From contig NZ_JMCB01000005.1 of NCBI RefSeq assembly GCF_000737315.1, forward strand, positions 144,001 to 206,000: a DNA stretch of 62,000 nucleotides. Reading direction: 5' to 3'. The notes under the pieces are model-generated. The model saw nothing but the letters and a program-made list of their open reading frames with translations. It was not told the DNA's origin and searched no databases. The translations under genes were made by a program, and so were the position numbers. Source of the DNA: Hyalangium minutum (GTDB lineage: Bacteria; Myxococcota; Myxococcia; Myxococcales; Myxococcaceae). Shown here one piece after another: positions 39,086 to 47,835 of this stretch; the stretch's first letter is position 1; each line of letters begins with the position of its first letter.

Positions 39086-39364
39086 ATGGCCAACGTCGCT
39101 GAAGCCACTTTCGAGATCATCAACGAGCTGGGGCTGCACGCCCGGGCAGCTGCACAGCTCGTCAAGGTGGCCAACCGGTTCAAGTGTGAGACGCTCATCG
39201 AGCACCAAGGTCAGCGGGCCAACGCCAAGTCCATCATGGGTGTGCTCATGTTGGCGGCGGGGCAGGGCTCCATGGTGAAGCTCTCCTGCAAGGGCGAGGA
39301 CGCGGACAAGTGTCTGGCGGAGATTGGCAAGCTGATTGCCGACCGCTTTGGAGAGGGCAAGTAG
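39086..39364 (+). CDS. ptsH: Phosphocarrier protein HPr
   Basis: GLHARAA (His15), NAKSIMGVL (Ser46). Confidence 0.95.
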   Translation: MANVAEATFEIINELGLHARAAAQLVKVANRFKCETLIEHQGQRANAKSIMGVLMLAAGQGSMVKLSCKGEDADKCLAEIGKLIADRFGEGK

Positions 39365-39397
39365 CGCGGCAAGAGAGGATGAGGTGAACGAACGACC

Positions 39398-41164
39398 GTG
39401 AGCACACCAGGAACCCCCACGCTGAACTTGAAAGGCATCGGCGCCTCGCCGGGCGTCGCGGTGGGGCACGCGTTCATCCTGGATCGCAAGCGGGTGCGCA
39501 CCCCGAAGCTGCGGCTGGCTGAGGCCGAGGTGGAGCCCGAGCGCATGCGCATGCGCACGGCCCTGGAGCTGTCGGACCGGCAGCTGGCAGAGCTCAAGGA
39601 GCAAATCACCCGCTCCGAGGGGCATGACCACGCGCTCATCCTCGAGGCGCACCGGCTGATGCTCCTCGATCCGATGCTCGTGGATGAGGTGGACAAGCTC
39701 ATCGTCGAGGATCGCATCAACGCCGAGTGGGCGGTGCGGCGGGTGGCGCGCAAGCTCAAGCACCTGTTCGACAACATCCCGGACGAGTACTTCCGTGAGC
39801 GGCGCTCGGACGTGGACTACGTGGCGGACCGGGTGGTGCGCAACCTGATGGGGCAGGTGGTGGACGAGGAGGTGGAGATCCCCGCCGAGGCCATCGTGGT
39901 GGCGCACGACTTGTCGCCCTCGGACGCGGCGATGATGGCGCGCAGCGGGCGGGTGGCGGGCTTCGTCACGGACCTGGGCGGCCAGACGAGCCACACGGCC
40001 ATCGTGGCGCGCGCCCGGGAGACGCCCGCGGTGGTGGGCGCGGGGAAGGCGAGCGAGCAGATCTCCCCGGGAGACCTGGTGGCGCTGGACGGTGCCAGCG
40101 GCGTGATCCTGGTGAACCCGACGCCAGACCAGCTGGCGCTGTTCCGCGAGGCGCAGCGGGTGCAGCAGCAGAGCGAGCAACTGGCGCTGCGCACCAAGGA
40201 TCTGCCGGCCACGAGCGTGGACGGGTTCCGGATCCGGCTGAACGGGAACATGGAGTTCCTGGAGGAGATCCCCTCGCTGCTGGCGCACGGAGCGGAGGGG
40301 ATCGGCCTGTACCGCACGGAGTTCATGTTCCTGGACCGGAAGAACGTGCCCTCGGAGGAGGAGCACTACCGGGCGTACAAGCAGGTGCTGGAGGCGATGG
40401 GCGGGCGGCCGGTGACGATCCGCACGTTGGATCTGGGCGGGGACAAGGTCCCGAGCAAGGCGAAACACGAGAAGGAGCCGAACCCGGCGATGGGCCTGCG
40501 GGCCATCCGGTACTGCCTGGCGAACCGGGAGCTGTTCCGGACGCAGCTGCGGGCGCTGCTGCGGGCGAGCGCGCACGGGAACCTGCGGCTGATGTTCCCG
40601 CTGATCAGCGGCATGAGCGAGCTGCGCGAGGCGCGCTCGGAGCTGGAGGCGTGCCGCACGGAGCTGAGCCGGGCGGGAGTGCCCATGGGCAAGCGGTTCC
40701 CGGTGGGCATCATGGTGGAGACGCCGAGCGCGGCGCTCATTGCGGACCGGCTGGCGCAGGAGGCGGAGTTCTTCTCGGTGGGGACGAACGACCTCATCCA
40801 ATACACGCTGGCGATCGACCGCCAGAACCGGGAGGTCGCGTATCTCTACAAGCCGCTGCACCTCTCGGTGCTGCGCTCGATCCAGAACATCGTCGGGGCG
40901 GCGAAGGCGGCGGGGATTCCAGTGTCCATGTGCGGCGAGATGGGGGGAGACCCCATCTACGCGCTGGTGTTGTTGGCGCTGGGGTTCGACGAGCTGTCGA
41001 TGACGGCGGGGCAGATCCCGGTGGTGAAGAACATCCTGCGCAGCGCGAGCCGCGCGGAGGCGCAGGCCCTGCTCAACTCGGCCATGGAGCTGACGACGGC
41101 CGAGGAGATCGAGCGCTATATCCGCACGGAGATGGAGCGGCGCTTCATCTCCGCGGAGCCGTGA
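39398..41164 (+). CDS. ptsI: PTS enzyme I
   Basis: GQTSHTAI, GIGLYRTEF, NPAMGLRAIR, SVGTNDL, MCGE. Confidence 0.96.
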   Translation: MSTPGTPTLNLKGIGASPGVAVGHAFILDRKRVRTPKLRLAEAEVEPERMRMRTALELSDRQLAELKEQITRSEGHDHALILEAHRLMLLDPMLVDEVDKLIVEDRINAEWAVRRVARKLKHLFDNIPDEYFRERRSDVDYVADRVVRNLMGQVVDEEVEIPAEAIVVAHDLSPSDAAMMARSGRVAGFVTDLGGQTSHTAIVARARETPAVVGAGKASEQISPGDLVALDGASGVILVNPTPDQLALFREAQRVQQQSEQLALRTKDLPATSVDGFRIRLNGNMEFLEEIPSLLAHGAEGIGLYRTEFMFLDRKNVPSEEEHYRAYKQVLEAMGGRPVTIRTLDLGGDKVPSKAKHEKEPNPAMGLRAIRYCLANRELFRTQLRALLRASAHGNLRLMFPLISGMSELREARSELEACRTELSRAGVPMGKRFPVGIMVETPSAALIADRLAQEAEFFSVGTNDLIQYTLAIDRQNREVAYLYKPLHLSVLRSIQNIVGAAKAAGIPVSMCGEMGGDPIYALVLLALGFDELSMTAGQIPVVKNILRSASRAEAQALLNSAMELTTAEEIERYIRTEMERRFISAEP

Positions 41165-41212
41165 ACCACGCGCCCACCCTGTTCATCCAGGATGGGCGCT
41201 GGGTGGGGGCTC

Positions 41213-41551
41213 TCAGCTCCCACACTTCAGGTTGCGGATATACGCGCAGGTATAGTGATAGGTGGTCCAGCTATTGGAGTCGCAGGAGTACACGTAGCAA
41301 TAGTCCGTGTAGTTGGGATTGGCGCAGTAGTAGTGGAACTGGGGCGAGATCGTGATGCAGGAGCTCGGCCATTCATCCACAACAGGATTGGTTCCACAGT
41401 AGTCAGTCGCACTGCTCGGGACCGAGCAGATGCCCTGCTTAACGGTGTTCACGTCCTGCTCATTCAGCGACTCCTGCTCCACGCCGCCACACCCTGTGAG
41501 CGCCAGCGCTGACAGCGCGACTCCCGCAACGACAGTCTTGATGAAATTCAA
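41213..41551 (-). CDS. Small Cys/Tyr-rich lipoprotein (signal, acidic spacer, 8-Cys core)
   Basis: TAAGGAG then TTG at 41551 (alternative TTG 41557); lipobox LTG-C-GG; 8 Cys in core; a 60-nt sample is about 50% GC. Confidence 0.7.
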   Translation of the reverse strand: MNFIKTVVAGVALSALALTGCGGVEQESLNEQDVNTVKQGICSVPSSATDYCGTNPVVDEWPSSCITISPQFHYYCANPNYTDYCYVYSCDSNSWTTYHYTCAYIRNLKCGS

Positions 41552-41633
41552 TTGCAACTCCTTACAACGAGGGGAACGCTCCTAAAGAGCGGTGCAACCG
41601 TAAGGAAGTGCACGTTGCAAGGCAATAGCCGTC

Positions 41634-41649
41634 AGCAGCGGCCATGCCA
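41634..41649 (-). promoter_or_regulatory. Sigma54 (-24/-12) promoter
   Basis: Minus strand TGGCATGGCCGCTGCT, one mismatch to TGGCAYG-N4-TTGCW. Confidence 0.55.
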
Positions 41650-41725
41650 GCTCAAGAATGTCTTTGCTCTTGCAACAGATTGCCAGGAACGGCCTGACGG
41701 GAAATCACCTCACCCGTGAGCCATC

Positions 41726-42160
41726 TCAAGGCGCGCCGCAGGCCAGCCACTGGCCCAGCTTCTCGCGCTCCTCCTGCGTGGGCTGATGAGGGATCGAAGC
41801 GGGCGGCATCTCCTTGTTCGTCGCGTTGGGGCCTGCGGCGGCGTGTGTGTCGATCATCGCGCGCTGACGCCGCACCTCGTCCAACGTGTCGAAGTCCACT
41901 CCCACGGTAGCACCCGCGCGCGCGGTGCCCGTGACGGACTTGCTGTGGCAGCTCAGGCAGTACGTCTGCATGAACGCCGTGCCGAAGTTCTGGGCACTGG
42001 GACCGTTCGAAGATGGGCACGTGGCGCCCGTGGCGGCGCCTCCGGGGTGATGCCCGTCCTCGTCTTCTCCGCCACCACACCCTCCGTTGTCTGCGTGCCC
42101 GAGGCACAGGTAGGCAGCGAGGGCGAGCGGACCAAGGCGATACAGGGAGCGGAAGGTCAT
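41726..42160 (-). CDS. Small exported monoheme c-type cytochrome-like protein
   Basis: CLSCH heme motif, distal EMPP methionine, N-terminal hydrophobic signal. Confidence 0.7.
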   Translation of the reverse strand: MTFRSLYRLGPLALAAYLCLGHADNGGCGGGEDEDGHHPGGAATGATCPSSNGPSAQNFGTAFMQTYCLSCHSKSVTGTARAGATVGVDFDTLDEVRRQRAMIDTHAAAGPNATNKEMPPASIPHQPTQEEREKLGQWLACGAP

Positions 42161-42392
42161 GGCAGGACTCGAAGGAAGGACAGCCACCGGGAGACGGGGC
42201 GCCAGGGCCACAATCCAGCAGGACGTTCCCTGCGGAGGTGTGGCGAAATGCCGCATGCTCGGGATTGGGGTTCTTCTTTACGAAGCAAGCGGCTCCCCTG
42301 TCGGAAATCCCCGGAGAGTTCGTACTCCGAGGCAGGTCATCGCCCCGGGAGGCTGGAGGTCCGCTGGCCTCCAGCGCTGTCGCTGCGTCCGC

Positions 42393-43514
42393 TCAGGGAG
42401 CGGCGTTGAACGGATCCGACAGACTCGGATCTGTGAGGAACGTGGGGTCGGTGAGAGACTCCAGGAACGCCAGGACGTCCTCCTTCTCCTGCGGCGTGAG
42501 GGTGAAGCCCCGCACGAACTCGCTCTGATAGGGGCTCGGGCCGGTGCCCTGGGCACCGGCCCGCCCTCCTGCCGCGTAGTGGTCCAGCACCTCGCTCAGT
42601 GTCGCGATAGAGCCATCGTGCATGTACGGCGCCGTGACGGCGATGTTGCGGAGCGTGGGAGAGCGGTAGCGCCCGGTGTCCTCCGACTTGCCAGTGAACT
42701 CGAGCAGCCCGGTGTCCGTGGCGGGATAACCTCCGTGTCCATCCACGTTGTAGAGGTTGGTGTTGTGGAAGGTGATCTCAGGGAACACCGTCTCCTTGCT
42801 CTTCACCGAGTCGCTGAACGCGAACCCCTGGTGGCAGTGGAAGCACTCCAGGCGCTCCGAGAAGAACAGCGTCATGCCCCGCTTGGCTGACAGGGACATT
42901 GCGTCCAGCTCGTTGCCGTACGTGTACCGGTCATAAGGAGAGCTCCCCGAGATCAGCGTGCGCTCGAAGGCCGCAATTGCCCGGACGATCGAGCTCAAGG
43001 AAATCGGCTGCTTCTCCTTCGGAAACGCAGCGGCGAAGAGCTTCGGGTACCGCGCGTCCTCCGAGAGCCGCTGCAGCAGCATCTCCTCCTGGCCCGCCAG
43101 CCCCAGCTCGATAGGGTGCTCGCCGAAGATGGGCACCAGGGCCTGGGCCTCGAGGTCCGGCAAGACGGGGTTGGCCCAGGTGAGGCTGGCGGCATAAGCC
43201 ACGTTGGCCAGGGACATGGAGTTGCGCCGGTGGGACTCGCCCGTGGAGCCGAGCGCCGTCGTCCGCCCATCCGAGAACGCGCGCTCCTGGAGGTGGCAGC
43301 TTCCGCACGCCTGGGTGCCATTGGCGGAGAGCCGCGTGTCATAGAAGAGGTGCCGCCCCAGCTCCACCTTGGCAGTGCTCATGGGGTTGTCAGCGGGCAC
43401 CGCCGGCTCGGGAAACCCGAGTGGCAGATTCCACTGGAAAGGCTCCTCCGCGTCTCCACAGGCCGTGCTCAACAGCAGCACCAAGCCCAGGCACCACCTC
43501 CGAGCGTCGCGCAT
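42393..43514 (-). CDS. mbnH: MbnH-family di-heme enzyme (bCcP/MauG superfamily)
   Basis: CGSCH and CFHCH, RRNSMSLANV, TAPYMHDGS; adjacent to MbnP-like gene. Confidence 0.8.
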   Translation of the reverse strand: MRDARRWCLGLVLLLSTACGDAEEPFQWNLPLGFPEPAVPADNPMSTAKVELGRHLFYDTRLSANGTQACGSCHLQERAFSDGRTTALGSTGESHRRNSMSLANVAYAASLTWANPVLPDLEAQALVPIFGEHPIELGLAGQEEMLLQRLSEDARYPKLFAAAFPKEKQPISLSSIVRAIAAFERTLISGSSPYDRYTYGNELDAMSLSAKRGMTLFFSERLECFHCHQGFAFSDSVKSKETVFPEITFHNTNLYNVDGHGGYPATDTGLLEFTGKSEDTGRYRSPTLRNIAVTAPYMHDGSIATLSEVLDHYAAGGRAGAQGTGPSPYQSEFVRGFTLTPQEKEDVLAFLESLTDPTFLTDPSLSDPFNAAP

Positions 43515-43519
43515 GGCCG

Positions 43520-44389
43520 CTACTCCTTTCGGAAGAAGGTCTGAGCGCTCGGAGTCCCCTGAGCGCTGCCAAAGCCGAGCCCCAGCCGTTGGAAGATCGG
43601 AGCACAGTCCTCGTCCGTGCCCTCGGACATGCAGCCCGGCGCCGTCTGGGCCTGGTTCGTGTCCATGTTGGAGCCCGCGAACAGCGCGGCGACGTCCAGC
43701 ACCACACCGCTCGCTCCGGTGGGATCAAAGTTGGAGAGCTCCACGTCGAAGCGGTTGGGCCGCTGGCACGAGGTGACCTGGTTGGGGCCGGACGTCTGGC
43801 ACTCGGTGCTGCCCAGGTGGAGGTTGTGCCCGGTGGGCAGCCCCGAGGTGCGCCCGTCCAGGCGGATGAACTTGTAGCCCCCGGCCCAGCCCCAGAAGAG
43901 TGTGCTGACGTTGAAGGGCGCGCTGGCAATGGACGCGTCCTGGTGGTTCTTCTCGAAGGGCATGCCCACGGTGAAGCGCAGACCCACGTAGTTGCCTCTC
44001 GGAGCCGTGCCCACGATGCGGTCGTTCATCGCCTGGGTCCCGTTGGCGCACAGGCCCGTCTTGTCCTCGAAGTCGAGCAGCACCACCCCTTCCTTCTGCC
44101 AGGCTCCGTCGTCCGTCAGCGCCAGAGGCACTTCCTCGGAGGCCTGGTTGATCAGCCGCACGTTGTGCACGTAGAGCCGGAAGTCTTTGGGCTCGTAGGT
44201 GGTGCCCGTGGTCCCCAAGCCCGTGTACGTCTGCCCACAGGCGAAGGGTTGGGTGCCTACGCGGGGCTTGAAGGTAAGGGCCACGTCGATGGGGCCGTCA
44301 TCGGGATGATTGGGCTCGTCATCTCCACACCCGGAAGCCGCAAGAGCGGTGAGGACCAGCAGCAGGATTCTTTCGAGAGGGCGCGTCAC
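43520..44389 (-). CDS. mbnP: MbnP-family copper-binding lipoprotein
   Basis: Lipobox ASG-C; DFRLYVHNV, LLDFED, FWGWAGGYKF (WxW), HLGSTEC. Confidence 0.8.
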   Translation of the reverse strand: MTRPLERILLLVLTALAASGCGDDEPNHPDDGPIDVALTFKPRVGTQPFACGQTYTGLGTTGTTYEPKDFRLYVHNVRLINQASEEVPLALTDDGAWQKEGVVLLDFEDKTGLCANGTQAMNDRIVGTAPRGNYVGLRFTVGMPFEKNHQDASIASAPFNVSTLFWGWAGGYKFIRLDGRTSGLPTGHNLHLGSTECQTSGPNQVTSCQRPNRFDVELSNFDPTGASGVVLDVAALFAGSNMDTNQAQTAPGCMSEGTDEDCAPIFQRLGLGFGSAQGTPSAQTFFRKE

Positions 44390-44488
44390 GGTGTGGAACC
44401 TCCAAGCGGGATGGCTGTTGGCACAGCGGAAGGCGTGCGATTAGCAGCAGATCCTCGAGGGGCCCACGCGGCATGTTGCCGCAGGACT

Positions 44489-45217
44489 TCAGGGCGAGGC
44501 TACGACGGCAGTTGAGCTGGCGACATTGCGCAGCACTTGAGTCGCAGCATCCGAGGCCAACGCCGAGGTTCCATTCAGCCATTGATCATAGTGCAGGGTG
44601 AGCCACTGCTCGGACTCCAGCTGCTCCGCCGAGAGAGCGAGCGATTCGAGCGGCAGCTCCACGTTCATGACGCCCGAGCTCTCCAGCCGGAAAGGCTGGA
44701 GCGCGTCATCTCCCTGGGGACGTGCCCAGCCCTCCAGCACGAATGTCCGATCCTTCATGCTGCCATCCACAGGCAGGCCCTCGGCATCCGCATCCGCGGG
44801 CCCGAAGACGAGGTGGATGCGGCAATAGCGTCCCGGCGGCGGACGCAGGACCCCAAGCGTCAGAGGCTCTCCATCCGGCCGCTCCAGGCTGCTCACGGAA
44901 GGGGTTCCCAAGCGCAAGGGACTGGACGCGGTGTGAGCGTGCGCGGTGCCCACAGGGGACAGCTCTCGCAGCCAGCGCAGCGCGGTGGACTCGGGGCAGG
45001 GGATGAGCTCCACGCTGTTCACGGTGATGGAGGCCCGGGTCAGGGTGATCTGCTCTTGCCGATCGGTGGTGAAGTTCCGGGCCGTGCCTGTTGCCTTGGT
45101 GGCATTGGCGGCCTGGTGCGACAGCTTGAGCTGCAGTCGGATGCCCTCCTCGCGAGAGCCGCAGCCGGGCAGAGACAAGGAGACGAGGGCCGCGAGCAGG
45201 AAGGGGAGCTTCTTCAT
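44489..45217 (-). CDS. Lipoprotein of the MbnPH cluster
   Basis: Lipobox LPG-C; AHAH and YCRIH motifs; overlaps upstream gene. Confidence 0.65.
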   Translation of the reverse strand: MKKLPFLLAALVSLSLPGCGSREEGIRLQLKLSHQAANATKATGTARNFTTDRQEQITLTRASITVNSVELIPCPESTALRWLRELSPVGTAHAHTASSPLRLGTPSVSSLERPDGEPLTLGVLRPPPGRYCRIHLVFGPADADAEGLPVDGSMKDRTFVLEGWARPQGDDALQPFRLESSGVMNVELPLESLALSAEQLESEQWLTLHYDQWLNGTSALASDAATQVLRNVASSTAVVASP

Positions 45218-46104
45218 AAGTCGAACGCCACGGCGGCCTGCACGATGGGCGTCTGCCGGACGCGGCCGCTCAAGAGGTTGAGGACAGGCGCTCGGACGCC
45301 GAGCTGCAGGACCATGTCCGTGGTGGGACTGAAGAGGAACTCGGGCGACAGGTAGCCGATGAACCCGCTGCCCTCCGTGTCGCGCTCACCCAAGAGGGTG
45401 CTGGCGCCTTCCAGGCGCGTATCCGCAGCGACCCTCAGTGCCCAGGAGGTGCTCGGCTGGAACTGCGCTGCCAGCGTGCTCCGCAGAGAGGCTCCGCTAC
45501 GGAAGCCCAGGCGTCCCTCGGTGGACACGGTACCGGTCGTGCTGACGACGAAGGACCAGGCCCCTTGGAATGTCGTGTAGGCCAGCCCCACGAACGGATC
45601 CACGGAGCCAGTGCCCAGCTGTGCATCGATCGAGAGAGGGGTCCCCTGTGCGTCCCGTAACGTGGGGGACGTGGGCAGCTCCGAGCCAACGAGCACCGAG
45701 AGGAGGTGATCCGGAGAGAACGCTCGATCGCGGAAGACGAAGAGCTTGGCGCTGACCTCCAGGTCTCCCGGCCCCAGCGCCTGCTCGCGCGTCAGGCTGA
45801 CGTCTCGCAGTGTCCGGGCCTGAAGGGGCAGGGTGGCGGACAACATGAGCCACGGCAGCGGCGCATAGGCCGCCGAGACGTCCACGCGCAGCTCTCGCAG
45901 GGTGACAGCATCCAGGGAGTCATCGCCCACGGTCTGGCCCCAGGCTCGGGTGACAGCCGCCACGCGCAGTCGTCCCGAGAAGGGCTGCTCCGTTCCCATC
46001 GTGGTGAGCGTGGGGTCTCCACAGGCACAGGAGGCACAGGCTCGTGCGGGCGAAGACAAGAGCAAGAGCGCCACCGGGAGCAGCGCGACACAGGACTTCC
46101 ACAT
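45214..46104 (-). CDS. Putative outer-membrane beta-barrel transporter with N-terminal CxxCxC
   Basis: Signal peptide then CASCACGD; GPGDLEV, LGTGSVD, amphipathic strands, terminal AFDL. Confidence 0.65.
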   Translation of the reverse strand: MWKSCVALLPVALLLLSSPARACASCACGDPTLTTMGTEQPFSGRLRVAAVTRAWGQTVGDDSLDAVTLRELRVDVSAAYAPLPWLMLSATLPLQARTLRDVSLTREQALGPGDLEVSAKLFVFRDRAFSPDHLLSVLVGSELPTSPTLRDAQGTPLSIDAQLGTGSVDPFVGLAYTTFQGAWSFVVSTTGTVSTEGRLGFRSGASLRSTLAAQFQPSTSWALRVAADTRLEGASTLLGERDTEGSGFIGYLSPEFLFSPTTDMVLQLGVRAPVLNLLSGRVRQTPIVQAAVAFDL

Positions 46105-46221
46105 GGTGCGCTGTACTCTACCGGTGGCTCGTCCCATGGTCCCTGCGGTGTGTTGTCGCGGTGACGAGAGCGCGGAGCGCGGCCCGAGGAAGAGAAGGGA
46201 CCGCGCTCCGGAGCGCAGGGT

Positions 46222-46950
46222 TCAAGCGGTGGTGCGCAGCGGGAACTGCCGCATCACGGCCTCGGTGAAGGTGCGCGCGCCCGTGTGTGCGCACACCTCG
46301 GAGATGGTCCCCTGGTCAACGATGGCGCCGGCGTGCATCAGCAGCACCCGGTCGCACAGGAACTCGGCATCGCTCAGCGAGCGGGTGGCCAGCAGCACCG
46401 CCTTGCCCGCGTCGCGCGCGGCCCGGATAGACATCAGCACGAAGTGGCTGCCCATCAAATCCAACGAGTGGGTGGGCTCGTCCAGGATGAGCGCCGGAGG
46501 ATCGTGCAGCAGCGCACGCGCCAGGTTGAGCCGCTGCTGTTGGTCGGGTTGCAACGTCGCGACGGGCAGATCCACGAACCGCTCCAGCTCGAAGGCGTTC
46601 ACCACCGCTTCGATGCGCGCCTCCAGCTCCAGCGGAGGCACGCCGTGCAGTTGGCCGCGCTGCTTGAGCAGCTCGCGAGGCGTGGGCCGGGTCGGCAGGT
46701 TGCAGTCACCGGCGGCGTAGCCCACCCGGTTTTTGATGCGGAACGGATCCATCAGGGTGCTCAGCCCCGCCACCACGCCCTCGCCTGAGGACGGCGTGAC
46801 GAACCCCGCCAGCATCTTCAGCAGCGTGGACTTCCCAGCGCCCCGAGGACCGATGATGCCCACCACCTCGCCGCGGGACACGGTGAACCGCACGTTCCGG
46901 ACTGAAGTGCCTCCCTGGACGTTCTTCGACAAATCCCTGGCTTCAATCAC
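46222..46950 (-). CDS. ABC transporter ATP-binding protein (exporter type), degenerate signature
   Basis: GPRGAGKST, LILDEPT; LQPDQ where LSGGQ expected; start uncertain. Confidence 0.75.
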   Translation of the reverse strand: MIEARDLSKNVQGGTSVRNVRFTVSRGEVVGIIGPRGAGKSTLLKMLAGFVTPSSGEGVVAGLSTLMDPFRIKNRVGYAAGDCNLPTRPTPRELLKQRGQLHGVPPLELEARIEAVVNAFELERFVDLPVATLQPDQQQRLNLARALLHDPPALILDEPTHSLDLMGSHFVLMSIRAARDAGKAVLLATRSLSDAEFLCDRVLLMHAGAIVDQGTISEVCAHTGARTFTEAVMRQFPLRTTA

Positions 46951-47319
46951 GATGCACGAACCCCCATTCAGCGAAGCCTCCACGGGCAAACCCCTGGCCG
47001 TGCCAACGCCTCGCTGTCGCGGCGCCGGAAGAATCCCTGTCTTGATGGAGCGCCAGGGGCCGTCTGGCGACACTGCGACTTCTCGACGCCTCCCGGCATT
47101 CACCACCGGGTCCTTCTTCACCGCCGGGTGAGCACACGGCAGCGGGGGGGAGGGGACGAGCTGATCCGCCTCAGCATGCGAGCGCTGGTTCGCTCGCACG
47201 CTTCAGAGACAGTAACGGCGTGCATAAGGGGCGTCAATACGGGGTCCCACGCACGAATCCGACCTACCCAGGAAGAGCTGCCAGAGCGGCGCGCTCACCG
47301 GAAGGGAGGGGTGGGGCGC

Positions 47320-47829
47320 TCAGCTCTGAGGAGGAGAACGAGGTGCCTCGGGTTCTCGCTGTGAATCCTTCGCGATGCGGTGGCGCTTGCTGAAGCGCTC
47401 GATCCAGTGCTCCACGGGGCGCAAGCCCACGAGCACCACGAGCGCGAAGCCCACGGTCACGGAGGCGCCCAGGAAGAAGCCGAAGCCCGCCGCGAGGCCC
47501 ACGGAGGCCGTGAGCCAGAGGTTGGCGGCGGTGGTGAGCCCGTGCACGGAGGTGCCGTGGCGGAAGATGGCGCCGCCCCCCAGGAAGCCGATGCCCACGA
47601 CAATCTGGCTGGCGATGCGGGTCACGTCAGCCCGGATGAACGAGGGCTCAGCGCTGTCGACCGCCTGTCCCGCGGTGACGCTGACCAACGTGAAGAGGCA
47701 AGAGCCCAGGCTCACGAGCAGGTGCGTGCGCAGGCCGGCGGCATGCCCGCGCAGCTCCCGCTCCAGCCCGAGCAGCCCGCCCAGCACCAGGGCCAGCGCC
47801 AGGCGCGCGATGAGGGTGCGCTCGTCCAC
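47320..47829 (-). CDS. MgtC/SapB family protein
   Basis: GLERE, AGLRTH, RIASQIVVGIGFLGGG, GLTTAA. Confidence 0.9.
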   Translation of the reverse strand: MDERTLIARLALALVLGGLLGLERELRGHAAGLRTHLLVSLGSCLFTLVSVTAGQAVDSAEPSFIRADVTRIASQIVVGIGFLGGGAIFRHGTSVHGLTTAANLWLTASVGLAAGFGFFLGASVTVGFALVVLVGLRPVEHWIERFSKRHRIAKDSQREPEAPRSPPQS

Positions 47830-47835
47830 GGAGGG

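Noticed and set aside
41213-41551. Cys-rich gene as methanobactin precursor (MbnA) or other RiPP precursor
   Set aside because: It has a lipoprotein signal, is far longer than MbnA, has its own promoter, and no MbnBC, radical SAM, YcaO or lanthipeptide enzymes are nearby
41670-41686. Second sigma54 site TGGCAATCTGTTGCA on the minus strand
   Set aside because: GG-to-GC spacing is 9 nt, not the required 10
46985-46994. GGGCAAACCC as the start of a GEMM riboswitch
   Set aside because: Lacks the following GAAA loop and GACGCAAAG element, and faces away from the downstream gene
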